From Candidatus Azophilus lithoversatilis (GTDB taxonomy: Bacteria > Pseudomonadota > Gammaproteobacteria > Pseudomonadales > Azotimanducaceae), in NCBI GenBank assembly GCA_028278675.1, contig JAQAJJ010000027.1, forward strand, positions 4,986-68,985: a stretch of DNA of 64,000 bases. The letters are read 5' to 3'. This document shows positions 1 to 7,545 of the stretch, piece after piece. Each line of letters opens with the position of its first letter. Within the stretch, counting starts at the first letter, position 1. Position numbers and translations under genes: made by a program. The notes beneath the pieces are model-generated. The model made no database searches. It worked only from the letters and a program-made list of their open reading frames with translations, and was not told the origin of the DNA.

Positions 1-1000
1 CGCCGTCGAAGTCCTGGTTCACCTTGTCGCCACCGGAATGATAGCCGGTGATAGAGTTGATGACGTAACCGTTGCCGAGGTCCCACTCGGCTCTGAGCCC
101 CACTTGGTCCACGTCGTACTTGACCGGCTCCTTCTTGTCGGCGAGGTTCTCGAAGGGATCGTCGCCATTGAAGCGCGGATCCTGGGGCGGTATCTGGCCC
201 CGGTCGCGGAGGCGGTCGTAGGTGAGGATGGCATCGAAGCTGTCCGTCGGCGCCCAGCGCAACGCTGCGGTGTAGGAGGCGAAATCGATGTCGCCAGCCG
301 AATCGTCCAACGTGACGTTGTGGTAGAAGCCATCACGCTCCCGCGATATGGCGCCCAGCTTGAGCGCCAAGGTATCGTCAACGAGCGGGATGTTGACCCG
401 GCCCTTGAGGATGCGGGAATCGAAGTTGCCGAACTCCGCGGCAATCCGCGCTCCCATCTCATTGAACTGCGGGCGCACCCGGTTGACGACCACGTTGCCG
501 CCGATGGTGTTCTTGCCGAACAGCACACCCTGGGGACCGCGGTTGACCTCGATGCTCTCCACATCGAAGGTGTCGATCAACTGGCCGGTGCTGGAGCCCA
601 TCTGAATGCCATCGACGATGACGCCGACCTGCGGACTCTGGGTCTTTTCGATGTCGGCATAGCCAACGCCGCGGATGTACAGGGCGCTGGCGCCGGGGCC
701 GGCGGTGTTCATGCCGATGTACATGTTCGGAATGAAGCCGTCGAAGTCCCGCAGCGTCTGCGGCTTGATCTGCTCGATCTGCTCCGCGCCAAAGGCGGTC
801 ACTGACAGCGGCACGTCCTGCTGCGATTCCTGGCGGCGCCGGGAGGTGACCACGATCTCCTCGATCAGGCCGGACGCATCGCGCTCCGCAGCCACCCCGG
901 AGGGCGCCTGCACCGCAAGGGACAAGCCGAAAACCAGCAGCGCCAAGGCAGCCGTCAAGCTACCTCTCCCAATAGCGAAACTCATGAAAATGACTCTCAT
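1..1000 (-). CDS. TonB-dependent outer-membrane receptor, N-terminal ~333 codons (3' end lies beyond the left window edge)
   Basis: Absent from the ORF track because no stop codon falls inside the window. Hand translation of the minus strand from ATG 1000-998 gives MRVIFMSFAIGRGSLTAALALLVFGLSLAVQAP (signal peptide). It continues EEIVVTSRRRQESQQDVPLSVTAFGAEQIEQIKPQTLRDF...YIRGVG...VESIEVNRGPQGVLFGKNTIGGNVVVN, a TonB-dependent receptor plug-domain signature. A GGAGAGG Shine-Dalgarno lies at 1015-1009. The + strand ORF 38..805 is its antisense shadow. Confidence 0.85.
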   Translation of the reverse strand, partial: MRVIFMSFAIGRGSLTAALALLVFGLSLAVQAPSGVAAERDASGLIEEIVVTSRRRQESQQDVPLSVTAFGAEQIEQIKPQTLRDFDGFIPNMYIGMNTAGPGASALYIRGVGYADIEKTQSPQVGVIVDGIQMGSSTGQLIDTFDVESIEVNRGPQGVLFGKNTIGGNVVVNRVRPQFNEMGARIAAEFGNFDSRILKGRVNIPLVDDTLALKLGAISRERDGFYHNVTLDDSAGDIDFASYTAALRWAPTDSFDAILTYDRLRDRGQIPPQDPRFNGDDPFENLADKKEPVKYDVDQVGLRAEWDLGNGYVINSITGYHSGGDKVNQDFDG

Positions 1001-1161
1001 CTGGATTTCCTCTCCTTAAGATGACGACATGCAATCCCCGATTGGGCTGGCCGAGCTGCAGGGCCGACACCGTCCATCGAACCCGTGAGGACAGCCTGCG
1101 ATCAACCGGCTTCCTTACGTCGCCAGCGGCAAGCCGCAGCGGGGCAAACTGACAACTCAAT

Positions 1162-1190
1162 CTTTTAGAGGAAACCGGCGGCAGTGTCAA
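1162..1190 (-). promoter_or_regulatory. Possible sigma70 promoter for the TonB-dependent receptor gene (TTGACA-17 nt-TAAAAG)
   Basis: On the minus strand there is a perfect -35 TTGACA (1190-1185), a 17-nt spacer, and TAAAAG (1167-1162; 4/6 match to TATAAT). This would give a ~155-nt leader before ATG 1000. Pattern match only. Confidence 0.3.
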
Positions 1191-1196
1191 TGCCAA

Positions 1197-1224
1197 CTCT
1201 CGGCCCTCCTAGGAGGGCCGAGAG
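1197..1224. other. Perfect palindromic hairpin CTCTCGGCCCTCC-TA-GGAGGGCCGAGAG (13-bp stem)
   Basis: Read directly from the sequence. It lies in the intergenic region between the divergent TonB-receptor and fimT genes. No U-tract on either strand, so it is not a canonical terminator. Confidence 0.6.
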
Positions 1225-1518
1225 TTCGCGGGCGGATGTCCTACAGCGCCTTAAGCCAACGCCACTAGCTGAGGATTGGGTTGGGATGTAGTCTCCCAGC
1301 CATGAAGCATCCGCAACATCACCATCTGCCCATCGGGCAGCAAGCGGCAACCCAAGGCCATCCCGGTGGCCGGAGCGCGGACGGGCGGGGAACGGACATT
1401 TTACCCGCGGGACCTCAATCGCTTGCAGGAACGGCGCTTCGCGCCGTCCGAGGGCTCGAACCTTCGGTTCGTTGTGCCCTCGAGCCGAGGGACTCAGGTC
1501 AAAGTGAGCTCTCCGGAC

Positions 1519-1537
1519 CGAGGGCGTCCCGCCCTCG
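1519..1537. repeat. REP-like hairpin CGAGGGCG-TCC-CGCCCTCG
   Basis: An 8-bp stem with a 3-nt loop. The reverse complement of the same 19-mer occurs at 53146-53164, and partial copies (GAGGGCGGGAT) occur near 53196 and 55567. Confidence 0.6.
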
Positions 1538-1547
1538 TCTTGAATCG

Positions 1548-2288
1548 GTGTCGTTGCATGGAGCGGGCGGACCCTTCGCGCTCCCCAAGCTGAGGCTCTC
1601 TCCCGCGAGGGGCGGACCCCTCGCGCTCCCCAAGCCGAGGCTCTCTCCCACGAGGGGCGGACCCCTCGCGCTCCCCAAGCTGAGGCCCTCCCCTGCGAGG
1701 GGCGGACCCCTCGCGCTCCCCAAGCTGAAGGCTCTCTGCCGCGGGGCGTCGTTGCTTGAGCTGCTTGTCACCCTAGCCGTTGCCGGTGTGCTGATGGGCA
1801 CTGCCCTGCCCGCCTTCGTTGAACTCGGCGCCGACCACCGCGCCTCGGCGCGGGTCAACGCCATGCTCGGCGCCGTGCGGGCCACCCGCCATCTAGCCAT
1901 CACCCACAATGCCCCGGCCACCCTGTGTCCCGGCCAAGGGCCACGATGCCTGGGTGCGAACCGTTGGCATGAGGGAGCCGTTGCGTTTCTGGACCGCGAC
2001 CGGGACCGCCGCATCGATGAGGGGGAGTTGGTGGGTCTCCGGCTACCCCCGATGAATGAGGGGGAACGGGTCCGCTGGCGTTCGTTCCGCAACCGCAGCT
2101 ATCTGCTCATTCACGGGTCCGGCTTGACGGATTGGCAGAGCGGCAACTTTCAATACTGCCCGGCGGACGGCGACGCCCGATTCGCCCGCCAGATTATCCT
2201 AAACGCCCAAGGCCGGGCGCGCCGGGCCATCGACGCCGACGGTGACGGCATCCGCGAGGACGCTTCAGGCCAGCCGCTTCGGTGCTAG
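1548..2288 (+). CDS. fimT: Type IV pilus minor pilin of the FimT/GspH family; start codon uncertain (frame is open from 1281)
   Basis: Track ORF 1281..2288. Prepilin motif CRG|ASLLELLVTLAVAGVLMGTALPAF has Gly at -1 and Glu at +5. It is followed by a GspH/FimT-like body (HRASARVNAMLGAVRATRHLAITHNAPATLCP...NFQYCPADGD). The only in-frame ATG/GTG/TTG codons upstream of the cleavage site are at 1281, 1302, 1548 and 1554; a CTG sits at 1725. Confidence 0.7.
   Translation: MSLHGAGGPFALPKLRLSPARGGPLALPKPRLSPTRGGPLALPKLRPSPARGGPLALPKLKALCRGASLLELLVTLAVAGVLMGTALPAFVELGADHRASARVNAMLGAVRATRHLAITHNAPATLCPGQGPRCLGANRWHEGAVAFLDRDRDRRIDEGELVGLRLPPMNEGERVRWRSFRNRSYLLIHGSGLTDWQSGNFQYCPADGDARFARQIILNAQGRARRAIDADGDGIREDASGQPLRC
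1565..1744 (+). repeat. Tandem array of four 45-bp units (1565-1609, 1610-1654, 1655-1699, 1700-1744), each junction forming the hairpin GCGAGGGG-CGGA-CCCCTCGC
   Basis: Units read GGGCGGACCC(C/T)TCGCGCTCCCCAAGC(T/C)GAGGC(T/C)CTC(T/C)CC(C/T)(G/A)CGAG. In the fimT frame they translate as GGP(F/L)ALPK(L/P)R(L/P)SP(A/T)R repeated. There are no unique spacers, so this is not a CRISPR array. A solitary related hairpin lies at 22599-22618. Confidence 0.85.
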
Positions 2289-2565
2289 GGAACCTCTGAT
2301 CAAGTCGCGTTCGCTCAGCGTTTCACGGGTTGCGAATGGGGGCAATGCCGCAACCGCCCGGCGCGGCTGAGGATGCGGGCGGAATTCGGCCATTGCGCAC
2401 CGTGAAACGCCCTTCGGGAGGGCGCGCCCTTCAAGAAGGGCGTTTCGGGCGCGCTGGCCGCGTTGCGTCTCCTCCCGTGGTGCCTGCCACTGCTCGTCGT
2501 CGCGCCTCGCCATCACGCCCGCCAGACTCCTCTGAGCTTCCCGGACTTGATCAGAGGTTCCCTAG
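2285..2565. repeat. 281-bp MITE-like structured element bounded by 22-bp perfect terminal inverted repeats (CTAGGGAACCTCTGATCAAGTC at 2285-2306; its reverse complement at 2544-2565)
   Basis: Inverted repeats read directly. Nested internal inverted repeats: GCGTTTCACGG 2318-2328 with CCGTGAAACGC 2400-2410; GAAACGCCCTTC 2404-2415 with GAAGGGCGTTTC 2435-2446; GGTTGCG 2328-2334 with CGCAACC 2349-2355. The fimT TAG (2286-2288) and the pilY1 TAG (2564-2562) both lie inside the terminal repeats. No credible ORF inside. Confidence 0.75.
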
Positions 2566-4612
2566 AATTCCCTAAGTTCACGCCAGGAGAGCCGCCCAGT
2601 CAGCTGGCCAATGGGCGGGCCGATGGCTTGGGAGCGGCGGTTCAGGCCACCAGCCAGGATCAATTGGCCGCCGCCGAAGCTAGGCAGAACCTGGGGCGTT
2701 GCCAACGGGCCGCTAAAGTCGCGCTCATCGAAGACCATGCCGGGGGCGCGGTCGCCGGCGTCCACGGACAGCAGGTCGTTCTCGTTGAGAATGCCGTCGC
2801 CGTTCAAATCCAGCACCGGGTGCCGGGGACTGCCGCCAGTGGCCCACTGAATCGGCACAACGGCACCGAGCGCGCCGCCAGCCGCCGAATTCGACATCAG
2901 GGTGGTCACCAACAGAAGATCGCCCCAAGCCACCAAGCGCGGATGGAAGCGCTCACCCGACTGTTGGCTATCGAGATCGATGCGCCAACCGCGCACCGCC
3001 GATGCGGAAGCGTCCGGTGGCCGGTAGTTCACTGGCTGGTCGGCAACAACGCGATTGAGCCGCGGCGACCCATTGCCCATGGAGCGAACGTTGATCATGC
3101 TCTGCAGCACCAGCGAATCAGGGTCCACCACGCCGCCCGAATCCCAAATGCCGTACAGGGACTGAACGGCCACATCGCCCTGTTGATTAGGACTCAAGAA
3201 GGCTCCCGTGACGAAGACGACCATGAAGCCCGGTTGGCTGGGGTGCTTGAAGACCTTGGGCCTGGCGGTGATGGGTTGAGGAACGCCCTGCCCGGTGCCA
3301 TAGCGCGCCTGGAACAGGCGCGTTGCGCTCCAGTTAGCGGGCTCCGGATTGGAAAGATCGAAGCGATGCAAGTTGCCCTCAAGATCTCCGGCGTAGGCCC
3401 GGTCCACCGTGCCGTTCAGATCCAAGTCCACCAAGGCCGGCTCGCCGAGCCCCGAAGCGGCGCTGGCTGGCAGCTTGACGAAGTCGTGCGCCGACCAGCC
3501 GTCAAGCCCTGCATCAATGAACAGCACGAACAAGACGGCGCGTCCAGCCGTGCTGCCGTCGCCGTTGCCCAGAACCGCCACCCACCTTCTGCCGCCCCGC
3601 AGGTAGCGCGCGTTGCTCATGGCGAGGCCGACTTGGCTGGTGGCGTAGCCCAGATCCTTCACCGGTGTCCCGTACTCGTCCAAATCAGTGACCGGCTGGC
3701 CGTCCGCACCGACCGGTGGGACGTCGTCGGCATCCGTAAACTCCCAAAGCACCATCCCCGCTGCCGCTTCGGCGGAGTCAGCGCTCGTGTCGGGATCCGT
3801 GACATCGAGGGCGAAGTAGCCCTTGCCGCCTTTGCCAAGCCCGCCGACCAGCAGCGTCCGCCAAGCCCTCGCTACACTGCCGGGTGCCTGCCCCACATAG
3901 ACATCCTCCACGGTTGGCGAGGGGATCCGCAAAGGAGGGCGGGACGCCGAACCCGGGGCGGCGTCAAGCCGGGTGGCGAAGCGCTGATCGCCGTCGATCA
4001 GCTTATTCGGAACGTAGGCGAACAACTCATCGCCATTGCTGGCGTCAAAGGCGTGCAGCAGACCGTCGTTAGAGCCGACGTACACCACCCCGGGGCGGTG
4101 CGCCCAATCCACCGCAAACTCGGAATAGGCCTCGCCGCGGGCCACGGGATAGGGCGCGTGATCGCGGCGCACGGCCCTGGGCGCCCCGACAATCACCGGC
4201 TCCGAACCGACAATCGGCCCCAGCCGCCGGTTGTTGCCTTCGCCGCGCAGCCACTTGAGCTGCGCTGCATCCAAGACGGCCCTTTGGTTTGCATTAAGGC
4301 GATCGTGCTCGAATGGCAGGCCAGCCCAAATGACTCGATCCTGGGTGACGATTATCCGACGTTCCGGCGAAGCGCGTTCGAGCCGCTGCGCGGCTCGCCA
4401 CAGCACACGCGATCCGTTTGCATCAAAACGCACGGCATGAAGATCGCCGGTCGCCGCGTCCAAGTCATGGAAGGCCCGATATTCAACCCGCCCTCGGCGG
4501 ACGCCAAGGGGCTGAAGGAGAAGGTGGCCAAGGCCCCGGCAGCACCCGCCTCGGCCAGACAGGCAGCGGCGGAGAGACCCATCCCGGCCAAGGCGCCGAC
4601 AAGGCGATTCAC
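2562..4612 (-). CDS. pilY1: PilY1-type pilus tip adhesin / pilus biogenesis factor (short form without vWA domain); apparent frameshift near 4485-4500
   Basis: Track ORF 2562..4670 carries PilY1 C-terminal propeller-type motifs (VYVGSNDGLLHAFDASNGDELFAYVP, DLDLNGTVDRAYAGDLEGNLHRFDL, C-terminal LSWRELREF). Its first ~60 codons are Arg/Cys-rich junk. A signal peptide (VNRLVGALAGMGLSAAACLAEAGAAGA) is encoded in another frame (track ORF 4352..4612). That frame starts with a GTG overlapping the pilX stop as GTGA. Confidence 0.8.
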
Positions 4613-5334
4613 GGGCCGTTCTCCGGCGGCAACCGCACAGCGAAGGTGCTTTGCAGTTGCGCCCGGGCATGGGGGGTGGCCCCGAAGCCCCGGGCGGTGA
4701 TTCGAAATATGGCGGTTCGCGGCGCTTCAGCGACGGTGGACGGCTCCAGCAAGTGAGGATCGTCCGGCCCGGTCAGGGTCGTCAGCCATTCGATCAGATA
4801 GCGTGGCGGAGCGGCCGCACCGGCAACCGGCGCGGCCCGGCGGCTGCCGCCTCCACCGTTCACCCAGACGCGCTCAGCCTGCCACACCGGGGCTTCGCCG
4901 AAGTCCGCCGGGCGCCACAGGCCATCCGTGCCCGCCGCCGTATAGCGGGCCGCATCGGGACTTGAGGCCAACAAAAAGCGCTCGCCCTCCCCCAACGCTC
5001 GCTCCGCCGCCTGCAAGGCAATCAGATTGTCATGGGCGTTGCGGGCCATGCGCGCCTGAAGCTGAGTGGTCTGCACCCCCGCCACGCCAGCGAGGGTCAG
5101 CAGCATCAATATGACAAGGCTGATGAACAGGGCAATGCCACGCTGACCCCTCCCGGGAGCCTTTGCCTTCGGAAGTCGCGAAAGCGAAAAGTCGATATCA
5201 CAGCGCCCTTGGCCGATCGATTGACGGGAACATCGAGTCGCATTTGACGAAATCGAGCGGCCGAGGGCGCGGACGAGAGCGAGTCCACAGCCGTGAATTC
5301 CGTGCCCAAAGGCTCCTGATTCGCTACCACCCAT
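4609..5334 (-). CDS. pilX: Type IV pilus minor pilin PilX
   Basis: Track ORF 241 aa with a PilX N-terminal segment QRGIALFISLVILMLLTLAGVAGVQTTQLQARMARN. The only in-frame start is ATG 5334, which overlaps the pilW end by 11 nt and gives an unusually long N-terminal leader. It sits between pilW and pilY1. Confidence 0.8.
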   Translation of the reverse strand: MGGSESGAFGHGIHGCGLALVRALGRSISSNATRCSRQSIGQGRCDIDFSLSRLPKAKAPGRGQRGIALFISLVILMLLTLAGVAGVQTTQLQARMARNAHDNLIALQAAERALGEGERFLLASSPDAARYTAAGTDGLWRPADFGEAPVWQAERVWVNGGGGSRRAAPVAGAAAPPRYLIEWLTTLTGPDDPHLLEPSTVAEAPRTAIFRITARGFGATPHARAQLQSTFAVRLPPENGP

Positions 5335-6397
5335 TTCTCAAACTCAAGGTCTGCACAAAGCGCCGGGTGACCTCTTCGCTGGCGGCTGTCACCGCCACGG
5401 AAATCGACCGAATCACCGGATCGTCAGCCAAGGCACTGAACGGCAGGTAGCGATTGGGACCATCGAAACCGTCGTGGGGATCCCCATCCACGCCCGCCCA
5501 AACCTGCAGGTCAACGATGCCCGCCACCAACTCCACTGGCCGCGAAGCGCCGGAACGCCGCCAAAGGCCAGCCGCCCGACTCCCGCCGCGGCGGCCAACA
5601 AAGTAGATCTCCGTCACGACCTGAGCGACTTGCGCACCCTCACCCTGGGTGGCGCCGCTGTACCGCCGGCCCGACTCCGAAAGGCGGCGGGCACCGTCGT
5701 TGTCGTAAGGCCCGCTGCCGGACGTGCGCCTTAGAACGGATCGGCCCGGGCCCGCCGCGGTGACGCGGGTGATGCGAAACATGGCCGCCTGCTCGCAGTT
5801 GCTGACCACAGCCACGTCACCAGCTTGAAGACGGTCATCCGCCGAGTCTTGGACGACGGGGTCGCCGTTGGGCGTCAATCCGCCCGCCAAGGGGAAGCCC
5901 GGCTCCTTCAGGCGGCGAAAGACGATGATGTCAGCCCCCGGCACCAAGCGCTCAAGACGGATGCCCGTGCCCTCGTCCAAGGCGTTGACGGTGCCGCCAC
6001 CTGCCTGTCGGGGCAAGGACACCACGCTGGGCATCCAATCACCAAGGGCGGTGGAGCTGCCATCGCCCCGGTAGTCAAACCCCTGCACTGGGCGAGAGAG
6101 ATTGAATTCAAACAGATCGTCCCAATCACTGTTCAGGACGCTTCTCAAGCGGACGGCACGGCCATTGCAACCGAGATTGCCCGCTGCAGCCGCGGACTGG
6201 CGCAGGAAGGCCATGGCGTAGCGTCCGCGGTCCTGCACATCGGCCTGCTGCAAGAGACTCGAGGCCGAAGCCCGGCCTCCCGCGTACTGCTGCGCCAGAC
6301 CCAAGGTTACGACCAAGCCCAAGGCCAAGGCCAAGAGCAATTCGACCAACGACAAGCCTCGACTTGGCGATCGGGCGAAAGAGCGGTGAGCGGGCAT
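5324..6397 (-). CDS. pilW: Type IV pilus minor pilin PilW
   Basis: 357 aa with prepilin-type N-terminus SRGLSLVELLLALALGLVVTLGLAQQ. Its size and position between pilV and pilX match fimU-pilVWXY1-type operons. Confidence 0.8.
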   Translation of the reverse strand: MPAHRSFARSPSRGLSLVELLLALALGLVVTLGLAQQYAGGRASASSLLQQADVQDRGRYAMAFLRQSAAAAGNLGCNGRAVRLRSVLNSDWDDLFEFNLSRPVQGFDYRGDGSSTALGDWMPSVVSLPRQAGGGTVNALDEGTGIRLERLVPGADIIVFRRLKEPGFPLAGGLTPNGDPVVQDSADDRLQAGDVAVVSNCEQAAMFRITRVTAAGPGRSVLRRTSGSGPYDNDGARRLSESGRRYSGATQGEGAQVAQVVTEIYFVGRRGGSRAAGLWRRSGASRPVELVAGIVDLQVWAGVDGDPHDGFDGPNRYLPFSALADDPVIRSISVAVTAASEEVTRRFVQTLSLRNGW

Positions 6398-6403
6398 GCC
6401 GAC

Positions 6404-6904
6404 TCAAACTCCGCTATCGACGGTCAACGTCCGGTCTTCACCTCGGTCCCGCCATCGAATGGTGATGCGAACCGAGCCGGACCCTGCATCGGCAGCAACG
6501 GCCCCGGTGGCATCGAGTGGCCCGCGGCAACTTTGGTCCGTCGTGGATGCGCCCAAGGCGCAACGCCACTGCGCTAGGTCAAATGCCGCGACTTCCGCAG
6601 CAGTGCACTGGCCAGCGTGGCAATCCGATGCCGTAACGGCATCCCCGCTCGCCGCATAGCTGCCCGCTTGCAGGCCAGCGGGATTGGCGCGAATGCGCTC
6701 GATCACGTCCTCGGCCAGCCTGACCGCCTCGGCATGGGCAGCCGCAGACCGGCGGTGCTGCGCGTTCAGGGTTGTCAAGCCGGCGACGCCGAGTACGCCA
6801 ACGCTGGTGACCAAAAGCGCCACCAGCAGCTCGAGCATCGAAAAGCCCCCTTGGCTGACGCCTCGGCGGTTCGCCTCAATATTCCCAGCCATCTTCTTGC
6901 GCAA
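6404..6904 (-). CDS. pilV: Type IV pilus minor pilin / modification protein PilV
   Basis: 166 aa with prepilin N-terminus QGGFSMLELLVALLVTSVGVLGVAGL and a Cys-containing C-terminal domain. It overlaps the upstream pilin gene by 29 nt; an alternative start lies at 6892. Confidence 0.8.
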   Translation of the reverse strand: MRKKMAGNIEANRRGVSQGGFSMLELLVALLVTSVGVLGVAGLTTLNAQHRRSAAAHAEAVRLAEDVIERIRANPAGLQAGSYAASGDAVTASDCHAGQCTAAEVAAFDLAQWRCALGASTTDQSCRGPLDATGAVAADAGSGSVRITIRWRDRGEDRTLTVDSGV

Positions 6905-7346
6905 TCAATTCACCGTCGTCGTTGCGATCCCATGCCCGGTTGCCCGCTTCGTCCAAGGTCATGAAGCCATCGCCAACCATCAGGCCTCCCGCTTCGGGAT
7001 AGGCGGCAAGCGCAAAACCTTCTGCGCTTGCGGCGATGCTGATCCGATAGCGCCCTTCGGCAACCGAGCGGGGTGCGCAGACCTGAGCTGCGATGGGGCC
7101 GTCGTCTCCATCCCCGACTCCATCGGCATCGGTGTCGGCGGCGCCCTGGTAGGTGAAGCGAAGGCCCGCCCAACGTTCCAAGGCGAGTGCGCAGGCCACC
7201 AAATCTCCCTGGGCCTCGCTGCGGTAGGCTCGCTGTGAATAGGCGTTCAGCGCTGGCAGGCCCAATCCAGCCAGCACGGCCAGAATCACCACGGCCACCA
7301 GAACTTCAATGAGCGTCAGTCCGCGGAACAGCCACACCAGACGCAT
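6876..7346 (-). CDS. pilE: PilE-like type IV (minor) pilin
   Basis: 156 aa. N-terminus FRGLTLIEVLVAVVILAVLAGLGLPALNAYSQRAYRSEAQGDL, followed by a RYRISIAA...FALAAYP...FMTLDEAGNR layout typical of PilE-family pilins. Confidence 0.75.
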   Translation of the reverse strand: MRLVWLFRGLTLIEVLVAVVILAVLAGLGLPALNAYSQRAYRSEAQGDLVACALALERWAGLRFTYQGAADTDADGVGDGDDGPIAAQVCAPRSVAEGRYRISIAASAEGFALAAYPEAGGLMVGDGFMTLDEAGNRAWDRNDDGELIAQEDGWEY

Positions 7347-7404
7347 CTCCTAAACAGACGCGGCCGAGCTTAAGGGAGTGTTTAGCTAAACTCAGCCAAC
7401 GCCC

Positions 7405-7434
7405 GACAAACGGTGCCAACTGGCCGACGAACGG
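7405..7434 (-). promoter_or_regulatory. Two direct 9-mers matching the AlgR (LytTR-family) binding core: CCGTTCGTC (7434-7426) and CCGTTTGTC (7413-7405), separated by a 12-nt spacer
   Basis: Read on the minus strand, 59-88 nt upstream of the pilE-like ATG (7346). CCGTTCGTC and CCGTTTGTC are the cores of the classical algD AlgR sites (recalled from the literature). LytTR regulators typically bind paired 9-mers 12-13 nt apart. Confidence 0.45.
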
Positions 7435-7454
7435 GCGCGTCGGCCAACGCCGAC

Positions 7455-7477
7455 GCGATTGAGTTGCTGCGCAACTC
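7455..7477. repeat. Interrupted palindrome GAGTTGC-NNN-GCAACTC inside a 24-nt motif also present (22/24 identical, opposite orientation) at 30727-30750
   Basis: The reverse complement of 7454-7477 is GAGTTGCGCAGCAACTCAATCGCG; positions 30727-30750 read GAGTTGCGCAGCAACTCGATTGCG. Both copies are intergenic, one upstream of the pilin operon and one upstream of the HiPIP gene. Confidence 0.5.
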
Positions 7478-7545
7478 AGCGCCGCCCTGAAACCGGGCAG
7501 CTCCGCGGGCGCGGTCGAGGCGCTGCTTTGAAACCGGTGGGCCCG

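Noticed and set aside
1001-1155. Cobalamin riboswitch in the TonB-dependent receptor leader
   Set aside because: Only one short segment (AAGGAAGCCGGTTGA) resembles the conserved core. I could not find the B12 box (AGCCAGGAGACCTGCC-like) or the CCCGC…ACTG elements.
1565-1744. Possible CRISPR array (regular short repeats), also considered for 36850-37085
   Set aside because: The units are directly head-to-tail with no unique spacers, and no cas genes are present. These are tandem repeats, not CRISPR arrays.
2463-4700. 745-aa ORF on the + strand, the longest ORF in the window
   Set aside because: It lies entirely antisense to pilY1. It has an Arg/Ala/Gly/His-rich low-complexity composition and no recognisable motifs. 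It is a typical high-GC antisense shadow ORF.
7405-7419. Sigma54 promoter (TGGCAC-N5-TTGC) upstream of the pilin operon
   Set aside because: The minus strand reads TGGCACCGTTTGTC. The -24 GG is present, but the -12 position reads GT instead of GC. This is a near miss that overlaps the AlgR-like box.
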